Shown here one piece after another: positions 52,761-64,000 of a stretch of DNA of 64,000 bases. Source of the DNA: Eledone cirrhosa (lineage: Eukaryota). Where the stretch lies: assembly GCA_964016885.1 (NCBI GenBank), contig OZ024743.1, positions 285,944,001 through 286,008,000 on the forward strand. The letters are read 5' to 3'. The translations under genes were made by a program, and so were the position numbers. The notes beneath the pieces were generated by a model. The model did not search any database and had not been told where the DNA came from. It worked only from the letters and a program-made list of their open reading frames with translations. Numbering within the stretch: the first letter of the stretch is position 1; the number at the start of each line of letters is the position of its first letter.

Positions 52761-53394
52761 GATATATTAATTTGATTAAAACAACAGGAGGCCAAATGAG
52801 TGATATCCCTTTAAAGCTCCATTATTGCAAAAAAAACACCATATATTATATATATTAGATATAATAATAATCATAATATAATAAAGGGAGGAGTGTGGAA
52901 TTGTGTCCTGAATATATTTTTTATCCCGTTAGTAAAATAAGTTGGATTACTTTGAATAAATAATAAATGAATATTATATAATTTATGTACTAAATTTCGT
53001 AGCTGTTGATTAAACATAAATATTCTTATATATAATGATTACTGATTTTAAGATTACTTCTTTTAAAATTTTCAAATGTCAATACTTCCGGTTATGATAT
53101 AATGTACGCTATATCATATCGCTTATATAAACATTCATATATTTGCATCCTTATATCATAATGTTTATATTTCTGTCGCTAATTTTCTCCTTTTTTGTTT
53201 TCATTACATTTCACCATAATGCAGTTTAAATATAATATTGTCTTTTTTAAATGTATCATGGATTACTTTACTGATTACAGAAGACAGTGTAACACAGTGT
53301 CTCTTCAATTTCTGTGCATATTGTCAATTACGATTTTATTTGACGTATCATATCTACATATATGTGTATAATATCAATATGCACACTACACATG

Positions 53395-53432
53395 CTAGCA
53401 GAAAACCACCCGAAGGGTGGTTTTTCTGCTAG
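53395..53432 (+). repeat. Hairpin ending in CTAG|T, probable Helitron 3' terminus
   Basis: ctagcagaaaaccaccc-gaa-gggtggtttttctgctag. Confidence 0.55.
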
Positions 53433-56400
53433 TAATAATAATGAAATTATTGTGTACAGTGCTCAGGTGCACTACAACTCATCAAAGGTGCATGTATAGT
53501 ACATAGAATAATGTACAAATGTCAGGAATGTAAACGGTGTATGAGTCATGATATACATGTGTGCATGTGTATGGAGGGGGGATATCAGGTGTAGTGTTGG
53601 GTGAAACTAGATGAGATGCAATTTGGGTTTGTACCAGGAAGAGGCACCACTGATGCCCTCTTCCTTGTGAGGCAGTTACAGGAAAAGTACCTAGCTAAAA
53701 GTAAGCCACTCTACCTGGCATTCGTCGATCTCGAGAAAGCCTTTGACAGAGTTCCACGTGCTATAATCTGGTGGGCTCTTAGAAAACTAGGAGTAGGTGA
53801 ATGGCTTGTGAAAGCTGTACAAGCCATGTATAGGGGAGCAGTCAGCAAAGTTAGGATTAGCAATGAGTATAGCGAGGAATTTAGCATACAGGTTGCTGTC
53901 CACCAGGTCTCTCTTCTTAGCCCTCTCCTGTTCATCATAGTCCTGCAAGCAATAACGGAGGAGTTTAAGACCGGATGCCGATGGGAACTCCTGTATGCAG
54001 ATGACCTCGCACTTATAGCTGAATCTAAGGTAGAACTAGAAAAGAAATTCCAAACTTGGAAGCAGGGACTAGAAAGAAAGGGTCTCAAAGTCAACATGAC
54101 AAAGACTAAGGTCCTTGTAAGTAGATGAGAAAACAGAACCCAGATCCCCTCAGGGAAATGGCCTTGCTCAGTATGTAAGAAAGGTGTAGGTAGGAACTTC
54201 ATTCTCTGCCCCAAATGCAAACAATGGGTACACAGGAGATGTAGCGGGATCTCAGGTAGCTTAATTAAGAATGTAGGCTTCACATGTAGCAGCTATGCTG
54301 GGACAGCAAGCAGCAAACAGCCACAGGAAACAAGTACCACCAATCTCTGGGAGGGCTCTGTAGAAACAGTAGACAGCTTCTGCTACCTAGGTGACTGAAT
54401 TAGCAGCGGAGGTGGGTGTTCAGAAAGTACAATAACTAGGGTAAGAACGGGATGGAAGAAGTTCAGAGAGCTACTGCCACTGCTAGCTGCAAAAGGCTTT
54501 TCCCTCAAAATGAAAGGCAGACTGTATGATGCGTGTATACGAACAGCAATGATACATGGTAGTGAGACCTGGGCACTGTCTGTAGAAGACTTGCGTAGAT
54601 TAGAAAGAAACGAAGCCTGCAAAGTGGTCGTGGAGGTGCCACAGCAAAAAAGCACCCAGCCTACACTGTAAAGTGGACGTGTAGGCGCCACGGAAAAAAG
54701 CACCCAGCACTCACTGTAAATGAGGTTGGTGTTAGGAAGGGCATCCAGCTGTAGAAATCAAGCCAAAATCAGTTCCTGTATGAGCAAGGCATAGTCAGCC
54801 GACCAGACACTGCCCACAATAGGACAACCCGTCTAACCCATGCTAGCATGGAAGAACGGATATAAAACGGTGATGATGATGATGATGGCAAATTTCAGGA
54901 AGCATGGAGGTTTTAAAATATGCAATGCCTCGGCAGCTAACAACTGATGCAGGTAGTTTGTTCCATGCTTCAGCAATTTTGAACATGAAAAAATGTTTTC
55001 GAAAGTCATGGGAGCTGTGCTGTTTTCTGACTTTGTAGGCATGCCCATGGGTGTTAGACACATGAAATTCAAAAAGGTGCTCAGGGTTGTTGTTGGCAAG
55101 ATGGTTAATGATTTTGTGGGTGTTTATCAAGTCAGTTGCCAGACAGAGTTCCAATGTATCCATGCCCAGGAGGTCAATGTTCTGAGCAAGATAGGTGTTC
55201 CAGACTGGTGATGTAAATCTAAATGTGGTCACACCATAGCTATATACAGCTTTAAATAGATAGCTGGAGAGCGGCTGACAAAGGTCTTGCTGAGTGATGC
55301 CAAGACACCCTTGGCCACGTTCACAAGAAGACTTCTGGATATTAGTGTTGTGGAGGGAGTATGTGGACGCTGGGTTTTTCCTCCCAAAATGCATGGTGGT
55401 ACACTTGTCCACAGCCAGTTAGAGTTGCCAGCCCATGATCCATTGCTGCATTGTGTCCAGGTCTGATTGCAGGAAAGATCTATAGTATTCAGGATCTGTC
55501 CTTTTTATCTCAAGGTACAGCTTGATGTCATCTGCATATTTCAGTACTGTGGCATTCTTTAAGTTGGCATCTATGTCATTAATATATGCAACAAACAAAA
55601 GGGGGACCAAGAACAGATCCCTGCAGTCCACCAGATGACATCTCATATGGTGAAGAATGCTGTCCTAGAACCGTGACTACCTCTTTTCGGCTGAGAATGA
55701 AGGATTTCAACCAGTTAAAAAGATCATCCCTCACACCCATTGCAGAGAGTTTCGCCATAAGTCTTTTGTGTGGCACAGAATTAAAAGCCTTAGCGAAGTC
55801 AAGGTAAACAACATCCACTCATGAGCCGCTGTCAGTTATCCGGGTAATGTCTTCAAGGAAGTCGATAAGCTGATCACAGCAGCTGGAGTTAGGGATAAAT
55901 CCAAATTGCGAGGGCCAGATGAGGCTGTGAGAGCTCCAGAAGTTCCAAAGTGTTTCTCTTGATACAGGATTCCATCAGTTTGGCAATGCAGCTAGTAAGA
56001 CTGACTGGATGATAGTTGACAGGCGATGTGCGGTCACCCTTTTTGAATAGAGGAATGGCACTGGCAGTTTTCCACTGCTCCGGAGTAGCACCGTTGTTAA
56101 GACAGAATTGAAAGAAGAGTAAAAGTTGGTGCAGAAGAAAGTACCCACCACGTTTGAGAAGCAGGTACGTAACACCATCAAGACCAGGAGAGACATAGTT
56201 GCGCTTATTCTTAAGATGAGGTCACAGCATTGCAGGTGTAAATTCCATAGTTGTAATAGAATTTGATGTCAGAGGTGGTGGAGATGGTACGTTTTGGTTT
56301 CAACAGTAAAAATGCCTGCATAGCATTCAGCAATGAATTCTGCGCATTCTTTGGGATCGTCAGTGATCTGGCTTTTGTGGGGATTGTGAAGAGGACCAAC

Positions 56401-56505
56401 TGGAGAGTGAGGTCTCCGTTTTGAATGTACATATTTCCAGCACACCTTACTGTCAGGGTTGGTTGCTATGCGCTGTTCAGATTCAAGCACTGCCCTTTTC
56501 GTCAC
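53433..56505 (-). mobile_element. CR1-clade LINE, 5'-truncated, interrupted by an RTE at 53601-54886
   Basis: 3' UTR at 53433-53600 joins the body at 54887-56505; RT motifs VYLDFAKAFNSVPH and YADDIK. Confidence 0.9.
53601..54886 (+). mobile_element. 5'-truncated RTE LINE nested in the CR1
   Basis: QFGFVPGRGTTDA...AFVDLEKAFDRVPR...LLYADDL; internal deletion near 54620; (gat)n tail. Confidence 0.92.
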
Positions 56506-56777
56506 CTATACGTATTATATACACTTTTCCACCTTTAAGTATGTACTTTTTCCTAAATATTATGTACTTTAGATATATGTACAAAATATGATTCTCAAAC
56601 GATATGTGGCTCTTTCTCTCTCTCTATATATATACATATATCTTTTAATTTGAGCTATTTGAGGTCGGCTCTCACCACTTCTGCCCAGGTCTTTCTTGGT
56701 CTACCTCTACTGTGGCTTCCTTCCACTGGGATTTCCTGGCACCTTTTCACCCAACCATCATCCATGTGCATTATATA

Positions 56778-57414
56778 TATAGTAATGTGCGCGAACGGCG
56801 AAGCATAAACAAATTGAGAGAGAGACTAAGCATAAGAGGTATCAAATGTTGTGTTCTGGAGAGGAGATTGCGTTGGTATGGCCATATGATGCGTATGAAG
56901 GACAATAGCTGTATAAAAAAGTGCAGAGCAATGAAAATTAATGGAAGCTACGGAGTGGGTAGACCAAGAAAAACCTAGGACGAGGTGATAAAAACTGACC
57001 TTGCTCACTTAGACCTCTGTAAGACAATGTCACTGGATCGAGATCTTTGGCGCCATGCAGTTGTACAGAAGACCCGCCTTCCCTTGCATACAAACTTACA
57101 GTCAGTAGGCACCTCTTAACCCAATATACACCCCACGTCACACACCCTATCCCATCCACTGTGTCGGTGACACAACAAAAAGCACCCAGTCTACACTGTA
57201 AAGTGGTCGTGTAGGAGACACGGTAAAAAGGCTCCCAGTCCACACTGTAAATGTGGTTGGTGTTAGGAAGGGCATCCAGCTGTAGAAAACCTGCCAGAGA
57301 CACTTCCGTACGAGCGAGACATGGACTCCTGACCAATCCCACATCAAATGGAACAAAACCGTCTAACCCATGCTAACGTGGAAGATGGGCATTAAACCAT
57401 CATGATGATGATGA

Positions 57415-57416
<2 letters not shown>
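56778..57416 (+). mobile_element. 5'-truncated RTE LINE
   Basis: ERRLRWYGHMMRM...GRPRKT; 3' UTR like 49475-50187; followed by (TA)n at 57417-57467. Confidence 0.88.
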
Positions 57417-57468
<52 letters not shown>

Positions 57469-58532
57469 GAATGAATAACTTCACATGTGTTTGCGTATGT
57501 TAATATGCTTGATTTTGCTAGTGTACTTCACTATTTTGTAGTTGTGTAGCTCTTATGGAAAATATAAAAATATTACTACTACTGCTACTACTACTACTAC
57601 TACTACTAGAAAAGACAAGTATTACATGTACTGCCGTGGGGTGGGGTTTACTGTGGGGCATTTTAGGGAGATTATAATTTCTCTAGTGAACCTTCAGAAG
57701 TCCTTGATTCTTTTTTTCTGATACTGAGGGTCGATTGGGATCTCATTTCATATACCATAAAGATATGCTTTACCAATTCAATGAATCACTGTAGTTATTT
57801 GTCGGCGAACCTTTACAGATCTATCCTTTACTGCAATGCAGTATTATGTGACACTTCTGATACATCCAACACTTTGTGGGAGAGAAAGAAATTTGAGAGA
57901 GAGAGAGCCTTTCAAGTCACATAACTTCACTTCTCACTGCCAGCATTGTCTAGCTAACTAGGTTACTTAAATAAACTCAATACTACTTCCATTAATGTTT
58001 TATTTTATTTTATTTTTTTTTATTTATTTATTTTTTTTTTTTTTTCCAGCATATTAAATATTTTGTTATATGAAATTGTGATTTATTGATTATATCAGTT
58101 AAACTTTGGTTTAGCAACCATAAGATAACTACATGCATTGAGTTATAACAGAAATTCTTTCATATTAGAACTTAGCTTTTGTTAAATATGTTTATATAAA
58201 CTGAATGTAATTTCATTTAGCACATACAAAAGGAAGACTGTAAGATGCATAGAATGGATGATGCTAAGTGTAGTATATGTATTAAATACAGAGGGATTTG
58301 CTGCAAATGAAAAAGAATATGTTTACTATAGTATATTTAGATAAGCATAATTAATTTGGAGAGAGGTTGAGTGCAACTAAGTTTAGAAAAGAGCTAGGAA
58401 TCAATGGTATTGTTTAATATATGAAGGAGAAATAATCCTATTGGTTAAGATACTTTCAGCTCTAAGACTTATTTCACACAATTATTTTTCACTAAATATT
58501 GTCGCCAGATCTTAATATATGTATGTGTGTGT

Positions 58533-61315
58533 ATCATCATCATCATCATCATCATCATCATTTTACGTCCGCTTTTCCCTGCTTGCAAGGGTGGGACGGG
58601 TCTTATTCAGCACAGCATCTCTCCACTCGTCACGGTCCCTCGTCATCTCCACCGTGAGCTTCAATGATCTGAGGTCTGTTCTCACCACCTCCGCCCATGT
58701 TTTTCGTGGTCTACCTCTACCACGTCTTCCTTCAACTGGCATTTCCTGGCACTTCTTCACCCATCGGTCATCCTCCATGCGCATCACATGTCTATACCAC
58801 CTCAGTCTCCTCTCCCGTACACTACATTCTATCCCTCTCAGACACAGTTTCTCTCTCAACACATTTATGCTGGGTCGTTCACGCACATTTACACTGCACA
58901 TCCAACGGAGCATGCTTGCCTCATTTCTCTCCAGCCGTCGCATATCCTCTGCGGTTGCTGCCCATGTCTCACTACCATGCAGCATCGCGCTCCTCACACA
59001 GGCATCATACAACCGGCCTTTCGTACACAGGGAGAAACCCTTCTTCGTCAACAGAGGAAGCAGCTCCCTAAACTTCTTCCAACCCGTCCTTATTCTAGAT
59101 ACTATGGCCTCGGAACACCCTCCTCCCATGCTAATCTGATCTCCTAGGTACCGGAAGCTATCCACCACTTCTATAGCGCCCTCTCGCATTTGAAAAATGT
59201 GTCTATCAGTGCGACTTCTACTGTCTAATTTCCCTGTACATCTACTGCATACATATTTCTCCCTACCTGTTAGTTTGGCTGCTATCCCGCTACATCTCTT
59301 GTGTACCCAGGACCTGCATTGTGTGCATTTTATAGAATTTATGCCAGTTCCTTTTCTGCATATCGAACATGGCCATTTCCCTGACGGAATCAGGGTTTTG
59401 TCCTCTTTTCTACTCATCAACACTTTTGTCTTAGCTAGATTTACTCTCAGTCCTCTTGCTTCCAACTGCTGTTTCCATAGCCGGAATTTATTCTCTAGCT
59501 CCTCTACTGATTCTGCTATAAGAGCCAGATTGTCAGCATAGAGAAGTTCCCATGGTCAGCCAGTCTTAAACTCCTCTGTTATGGCTTGGCGGACTATAAT
59601 GAACAAGAGCGGGCTGAGGACCGAACCCTGATGTACTCCTACTTGTATCTGGAATTCCTCACTAAACTCCATTCCTACCCTGACTTTACTGAGAGTACCG
59701 CTGTACAAAGTTTGCACTGTCCTCACAAGCCATTCCTCAACACCTAGCTTCCTTAGGGACCACCAGATGACAGATCGGGGTACCCTATCAAAGGCCTTCT
59801 CTAGGTCAACAAAGGCTAAGTATAGTGGCTTATTCTTCTCTAAGAACCTCTCTTGCATTTGTCTCACCAAGAAGAGGGCATCTGTTGTACTCTTCCCAGG
59901 CACAAAACCAAACTGCATCTCATCTAGTTTGACCCTTTCTCTAATTAGTTGTGCTAAAATCCTTTCTGCCACTTTCATAACCTGATCTATCAGTTTTATA
60001 CCCCTATAATTGCTCCTCTCCAAAGCATCCCCTTTACCTTTGTAGCAATTTATGAGAATACTGCTGCACCAGTCTTTGGGTATGACACCACCATATATAG
60101 CCTGATTGATGATGCGTGCAACCAGTTTAGTGCCTACGTCCCCTGATGCCTTCAGCATCTCAGCAACTATTCCCGATGGTCCAGCAGTCTTACCATTTTT
60201 CATTTCTTTATTCACCTCTTGGACCCTATATTCGTCAATCTCAATAGCTGGTCCCTCTGTCGGATCTACCAAGGGTAATTTCTCTCTCTCCCATTCGTTC
60301 TCCACATTCATCAGTCTCTCATAATGACATTTCCAGGCCTCCTTTTTCTGGTCATTCGTGACACTAAGTACACCGGCATCATCCCGGACACATTTATCTC
60401 CAACAACATCCTGATTTGCATTGACACACTGCCTTGCAATGTGGAACACTGCACGCCTCTGATCTTCCCGTCGCAGAACATTGGCAAACCTCCTACTCTC
60501 TGCCTCCCTGCGTGCTAAGTACACCTGATGTCTAGCTTCTCTCTTAGTGGCTGTATATTCTTCCCTACTCCCACCCTTTTTTCCAAGCCTTCCATGCTAG
60601 TCTTTTGTCTCTAATAGCCTTATCTACTGTGCTGTTCCACCACCAGGTCACTCTCTGTCTGGTTGGAGCTCTGCTCCAGCCACAGGTTTCATCAGTAGCC
60701 TGCAGCAAGTTGTCACGTAAGAACTTCCAGTTATTATCTATGTCATACATCTCTAAATCGTCTTCTTTTTCGTCATATACATCTTGAAGGGCTTTCCTAA
60801 ATTTGTATTTTAGTGAAAGATCTTTTAGCTTCCAGACCTTTCTTCTCCACACCTTCCTATATGTCTCATTCCATCTCTTGCTTACTGAGATATCACTAAC
60901 AACTAACCTATGCTGTGGGGTACATTCTTCCCCAGGGTATGCCTTGGTATTAGACACTATCTGCCTGTCCCGCTGCCTAACTAGCAGGAAGTCAATCTGG
61001 CTTATGTGCTCACCAGATTTGTAGGTTATTAGGTGATTGGCAGGTTTCTGGAAGTTTGTGTTGCAAATAGTCAATGTACTCGCATCACAAAATTCAAGAA
61101 GTCTCACTCCTTCTTCATTTCTTGAACCGTAACCGTGCCCACCATGTACCCCAGTGTAACCATCCTGGAGCTGTCCAACATGACCATTGAAGTCTCCTGC
61201 TAGCATAACGATGTCTCCGTCCTCTGTCATTGTGGTTGTTTGCAAAAGTTGCTCATAAAAGCAGTCTTTCTCATCTTTGCCTAGGCCTGCTTGGGGAGCA
61301 TAGACCGAGATGATT
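58533..61315 (-). mobile_element. Long RTE LINE (APE + RT), recently inactivated
   Basis: TIISVYAPQ...AGDFNGHVG...SQIDFLL...QHRLVV (APE), NYRGIKL, FVDLEKAFDRVPR, GVHQGSVLSP; frameshift near 60565, stop at 59556, YADD changed to YADN; (cat)n tail on +. Confidence 0.95.
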
Positions 61316-61330
61316 GTATATATATATATA

Positions 61331-62822
61331 TCATCAACATCATCATCATCATCACACGTCCATTCTTCCACACTATCATGGTTTAGATTGGTTGTCATGT
61401 TGTGGCCAGGTCAAATGACCATGTCTTGCTGATACAGAACTGATTCTGGCTTGATTTCTACAGCTGGATGCCCTTCCTAACACCAACCTCATTTACAGTG
61501 AGTACAGGGTGCTTTTTTACCGTGGCACCTACACAACCAGTCTACAATGTGGACTGGGTGCTTTTTTGTCGTGACACCTACACAACCACTTTGCATTAGG
61601 AGGGGGTGGGGGCATACTGTTTATATGCTTCAGCTTCGGCTTGTACCTGTGGGAAGTCGGGTCTTCTGTATTATTGCATAACACCAGAGGTCTTGGTCCT
61701 GTGTCATTGCTTTTGAGAGGTGCAATAGGGCAAGGTCAGCTTTTATCAGCTCATCCCAGGTCTTGGGTCTCCCCACTACAAGGCTTCCATCGTCTTTTAG
61801 TGCTGTGCACCTTTTTATGCAACTTTCATCAACTTTGAGCACTCTACAGCTTTTTATACAGCTGTCATCCTTCATATGCATCACATGTCCATACCAACAC
61901 AATCTCTCTCATCCACACTACATCTGATTCCTCTTATAGTTTCTCTCTCAGTTCGTTTATGCTTTGCTGTTCACATATATTACTATTACACATCCATTGG
62001 AGCTTCATTTCTTTACAATTTTCACAAGTCTTCTGCACACAGCTCCCAGGTCTCACTATCATGCAATATTGCTGTTCGTATGCACGCATCACACATTCTG
62101 CCTTTCATTTTGAGGGAAAAAAGCCTTTTGTAGCTAGCAGTGGTAGTAGTTCCCTGAACTTCTTCCATCCCATTCTCACCCTGGCTACTTTACTTTCGGA
62201 ACACCCACCCCCACTGTTAATTTGGTCACCCAGGTTGCAGAAGCTGTCTACTGCTTCTACTGAACCTACCCAGAATTTGATGGTGCTTGTTTCCTGTGGC
62301 CATTTACTGCCTACTGCTCCAGTGCAACAGCTACATGTAAAGCCTACGTTTTTAGCTAAACTACCTGAGATCCCACTACATCCCTTGTGTACCCATAGTT
62401 TGCGTTTGAGACAGAGGGTGGAATTTCTACCTACACCTTTCCTATACACTGAACGAGGCCATTTCCTTGAGGGGATCAGGATTCTGTTTTCCCTTCTACT
62501 TACTAGGATGTTAGTCTTTGTCAGGTTGACTTTACGACCCTTTGTTTCTAGCCCATGTTTCCAGATTTGGAATTTCTTTTCTAATTCTGCCACAGACTCT
62601 GCTATGAGTTATAGCTTGCAGTATGATAATAAATAGGAGAAGTCTAAGAACAGATCCCTTGTTGATGCCAACTTGCACGCTAAATTCCTCGCTATAGTCG
62701 TCGTTAATCCTAACTTTGCTGACTTCTCCCCTATACATGGCTTGTACAGCCTTCACAAGCCACTCATCTACTCCTAGTTTTCTAAGAACCCACCAGATTA
62801 TGGCAGAGGAACTCTGTCAAAA
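61331..62822 (-). mobile_element. 5'-truncated RTE LINE, decayed
   Basis: RT and post-RT motifs in the broken ORFs 62532-62756, 62105-62593 and 61630-61902; 3' UTR and (cat)n tail. Confidence 0.88.
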
Positions 62823-63011
62823 GTTTATATATATATATATGGAGTATCTACTGTGCTAAGCCTGTAATTTTGTAATGCTCAATGCATAATGGGATGCAGA
62901 CTTAGTATATTTAGGAAGAAAATATCTGACTGAACGCTTATGATTTCTCTTTTTATATATATATATATATGAATGAGATTGGTGCCCTATCTTTCCTACT
63001 TTTGCTAAGTT

Positions 63012-64000
63012 TACGCCAAGAGCTCTTTTGATCCTAAGTTCTGTTTCCACAGCCAGAATATATTCTCTAGTTTTTCCACAGATTCAGCAATGAAAAGGAA
63101 ATCATTGACATACAAAAATTTCCATGGGCAACCAGTCTTAAACTCCTCTGTTATGGCTTGGGGGACTATGATGGACAGAAGAACTGAACCCTGATGCACT
63201 TCTACTTCTACCTTTAATTCCTCTCTAAACTCACTTCCTATTCTGACTTTTCTGTACATGGCTTGCACTGCTCTTACAAGCCACTCTTCTACACCTAGTT
63301 TCCTTAAGGACCACCAGATGACCTATCAAAGTACTTTGTCAAAGGCTTTCTCTAGATCAACAAAAGCTAGAAACAAAATTGTTTCTCATCTAATTTGACT
63401 CTTTCCCTAATTAGTTGTGCTAGAACACTTTCTGTCACATTCATAACAATGTTCTTCTGTAGTTTCTCCCTAATGAATGATTAGGCTACTGGTAATTTAG
63501 TATAGCCCTATTCTGTGTTATCTGATCGACTATATGGGTGACTGGTTCAACTCCTGCTTCCCCAGATGCTTTCAGCATCTCAGAGGCTATCTCAGGCAGT
63601 CCTGTGGCTTTATCATTTTTCATCTCCTTGATTGCTTCTTTGACTCTATAAATATCAATTTTGATAGCTGGTCCCTCTGTTGGGTCAGATGTAGTAGTCT
63701 ACCTTCCTTCTATTCATTCTCCACATTCATTAACCTCTAATAGTAGCATTTCCAGGCTTTCTTTTGTGCATCAGTGATGTTAAGTGCACCAGTGTCATTT
63801 CAAATACACTTTTCCCCAACAATATCTTGATTCACACTGACACACTGCCTTGCAATTCAGAACACCACACGTCTCTAATCTCCACGTCACAAGACATAGG
63901 CAAATCTCCTTCAAATCTCCTTCCTTCGGCATATTTTCATACTATGTATACCTGTTCCTAGCCTCTCTTTTAGCTACAGTGGAACCTTGGTTCATGAACT
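63012..64000 (-). mobile_element. RTE LINE fragment running off the window
   Basis: VEVHQGSVLL...QAITEEFKTGCPW and AFVDLEKAFD; colinear with 59450-60560. Confidence 0.85.

Noticed and set aside
58519-59541. Long plus-strand ORFs (206, 124, 119 and 114 aa), and similar ones at 50765, 53711 and 61959
   Set aside because: Antisense shadows of RTE coding sequence.

Overview
AT-rich, intron-containing, repeat-dense animal DNA, most likely an octopus or other coleoid cephalopod (inferred from the SINE, RTE and CR1 families). It is not prokaryotic, so most short ORFs in the track are noise or transposon debris. Host genes: (i) two tandem paralogous BTB/POZ genes on + (exon chains 3129-7260 and 23191-28867, same four exons and phases); (ii) an intronless GSKIP CDS on - (45893-46285); (iii) head-to-head with GSKIP, an isolated THAP-domain exon (46636-46855). 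Both BTB exon chains begin with a phase-1 acceptor and have no start codon upstream of it. Directly upstream lie stop-free ORFs encoding only the DNA-binding part of DNA-transposon transposases: a Mutator-type FLYWCH finger before copy 1, and a Tigger CENP-B HTH plus a pogo/POGK-type Brinker+CENP-B HTH before copy 2. The Tigger and pogo ORFs each have a phase-1 donor about where transposase homology stops, and each splices in frame to the BTB chain (678 and 664 aa). Main hypothesis: a BTB scaffold with interchangeable transposon-captured N-terminal DNA-binding exons, the reverse arrangement of insect mod(mdg4)/lola. The splicing is inferred from sequence only. Other content: a Gypsy element with a four-level nest, CR1, RTE, R4-, HERO- and CRE-like LINE remains, SINEs, Helitrons, two apparent gene-conversion tracts, two decayed CK2-beta-like relics and a perfect 80-bp-arm palindrome.
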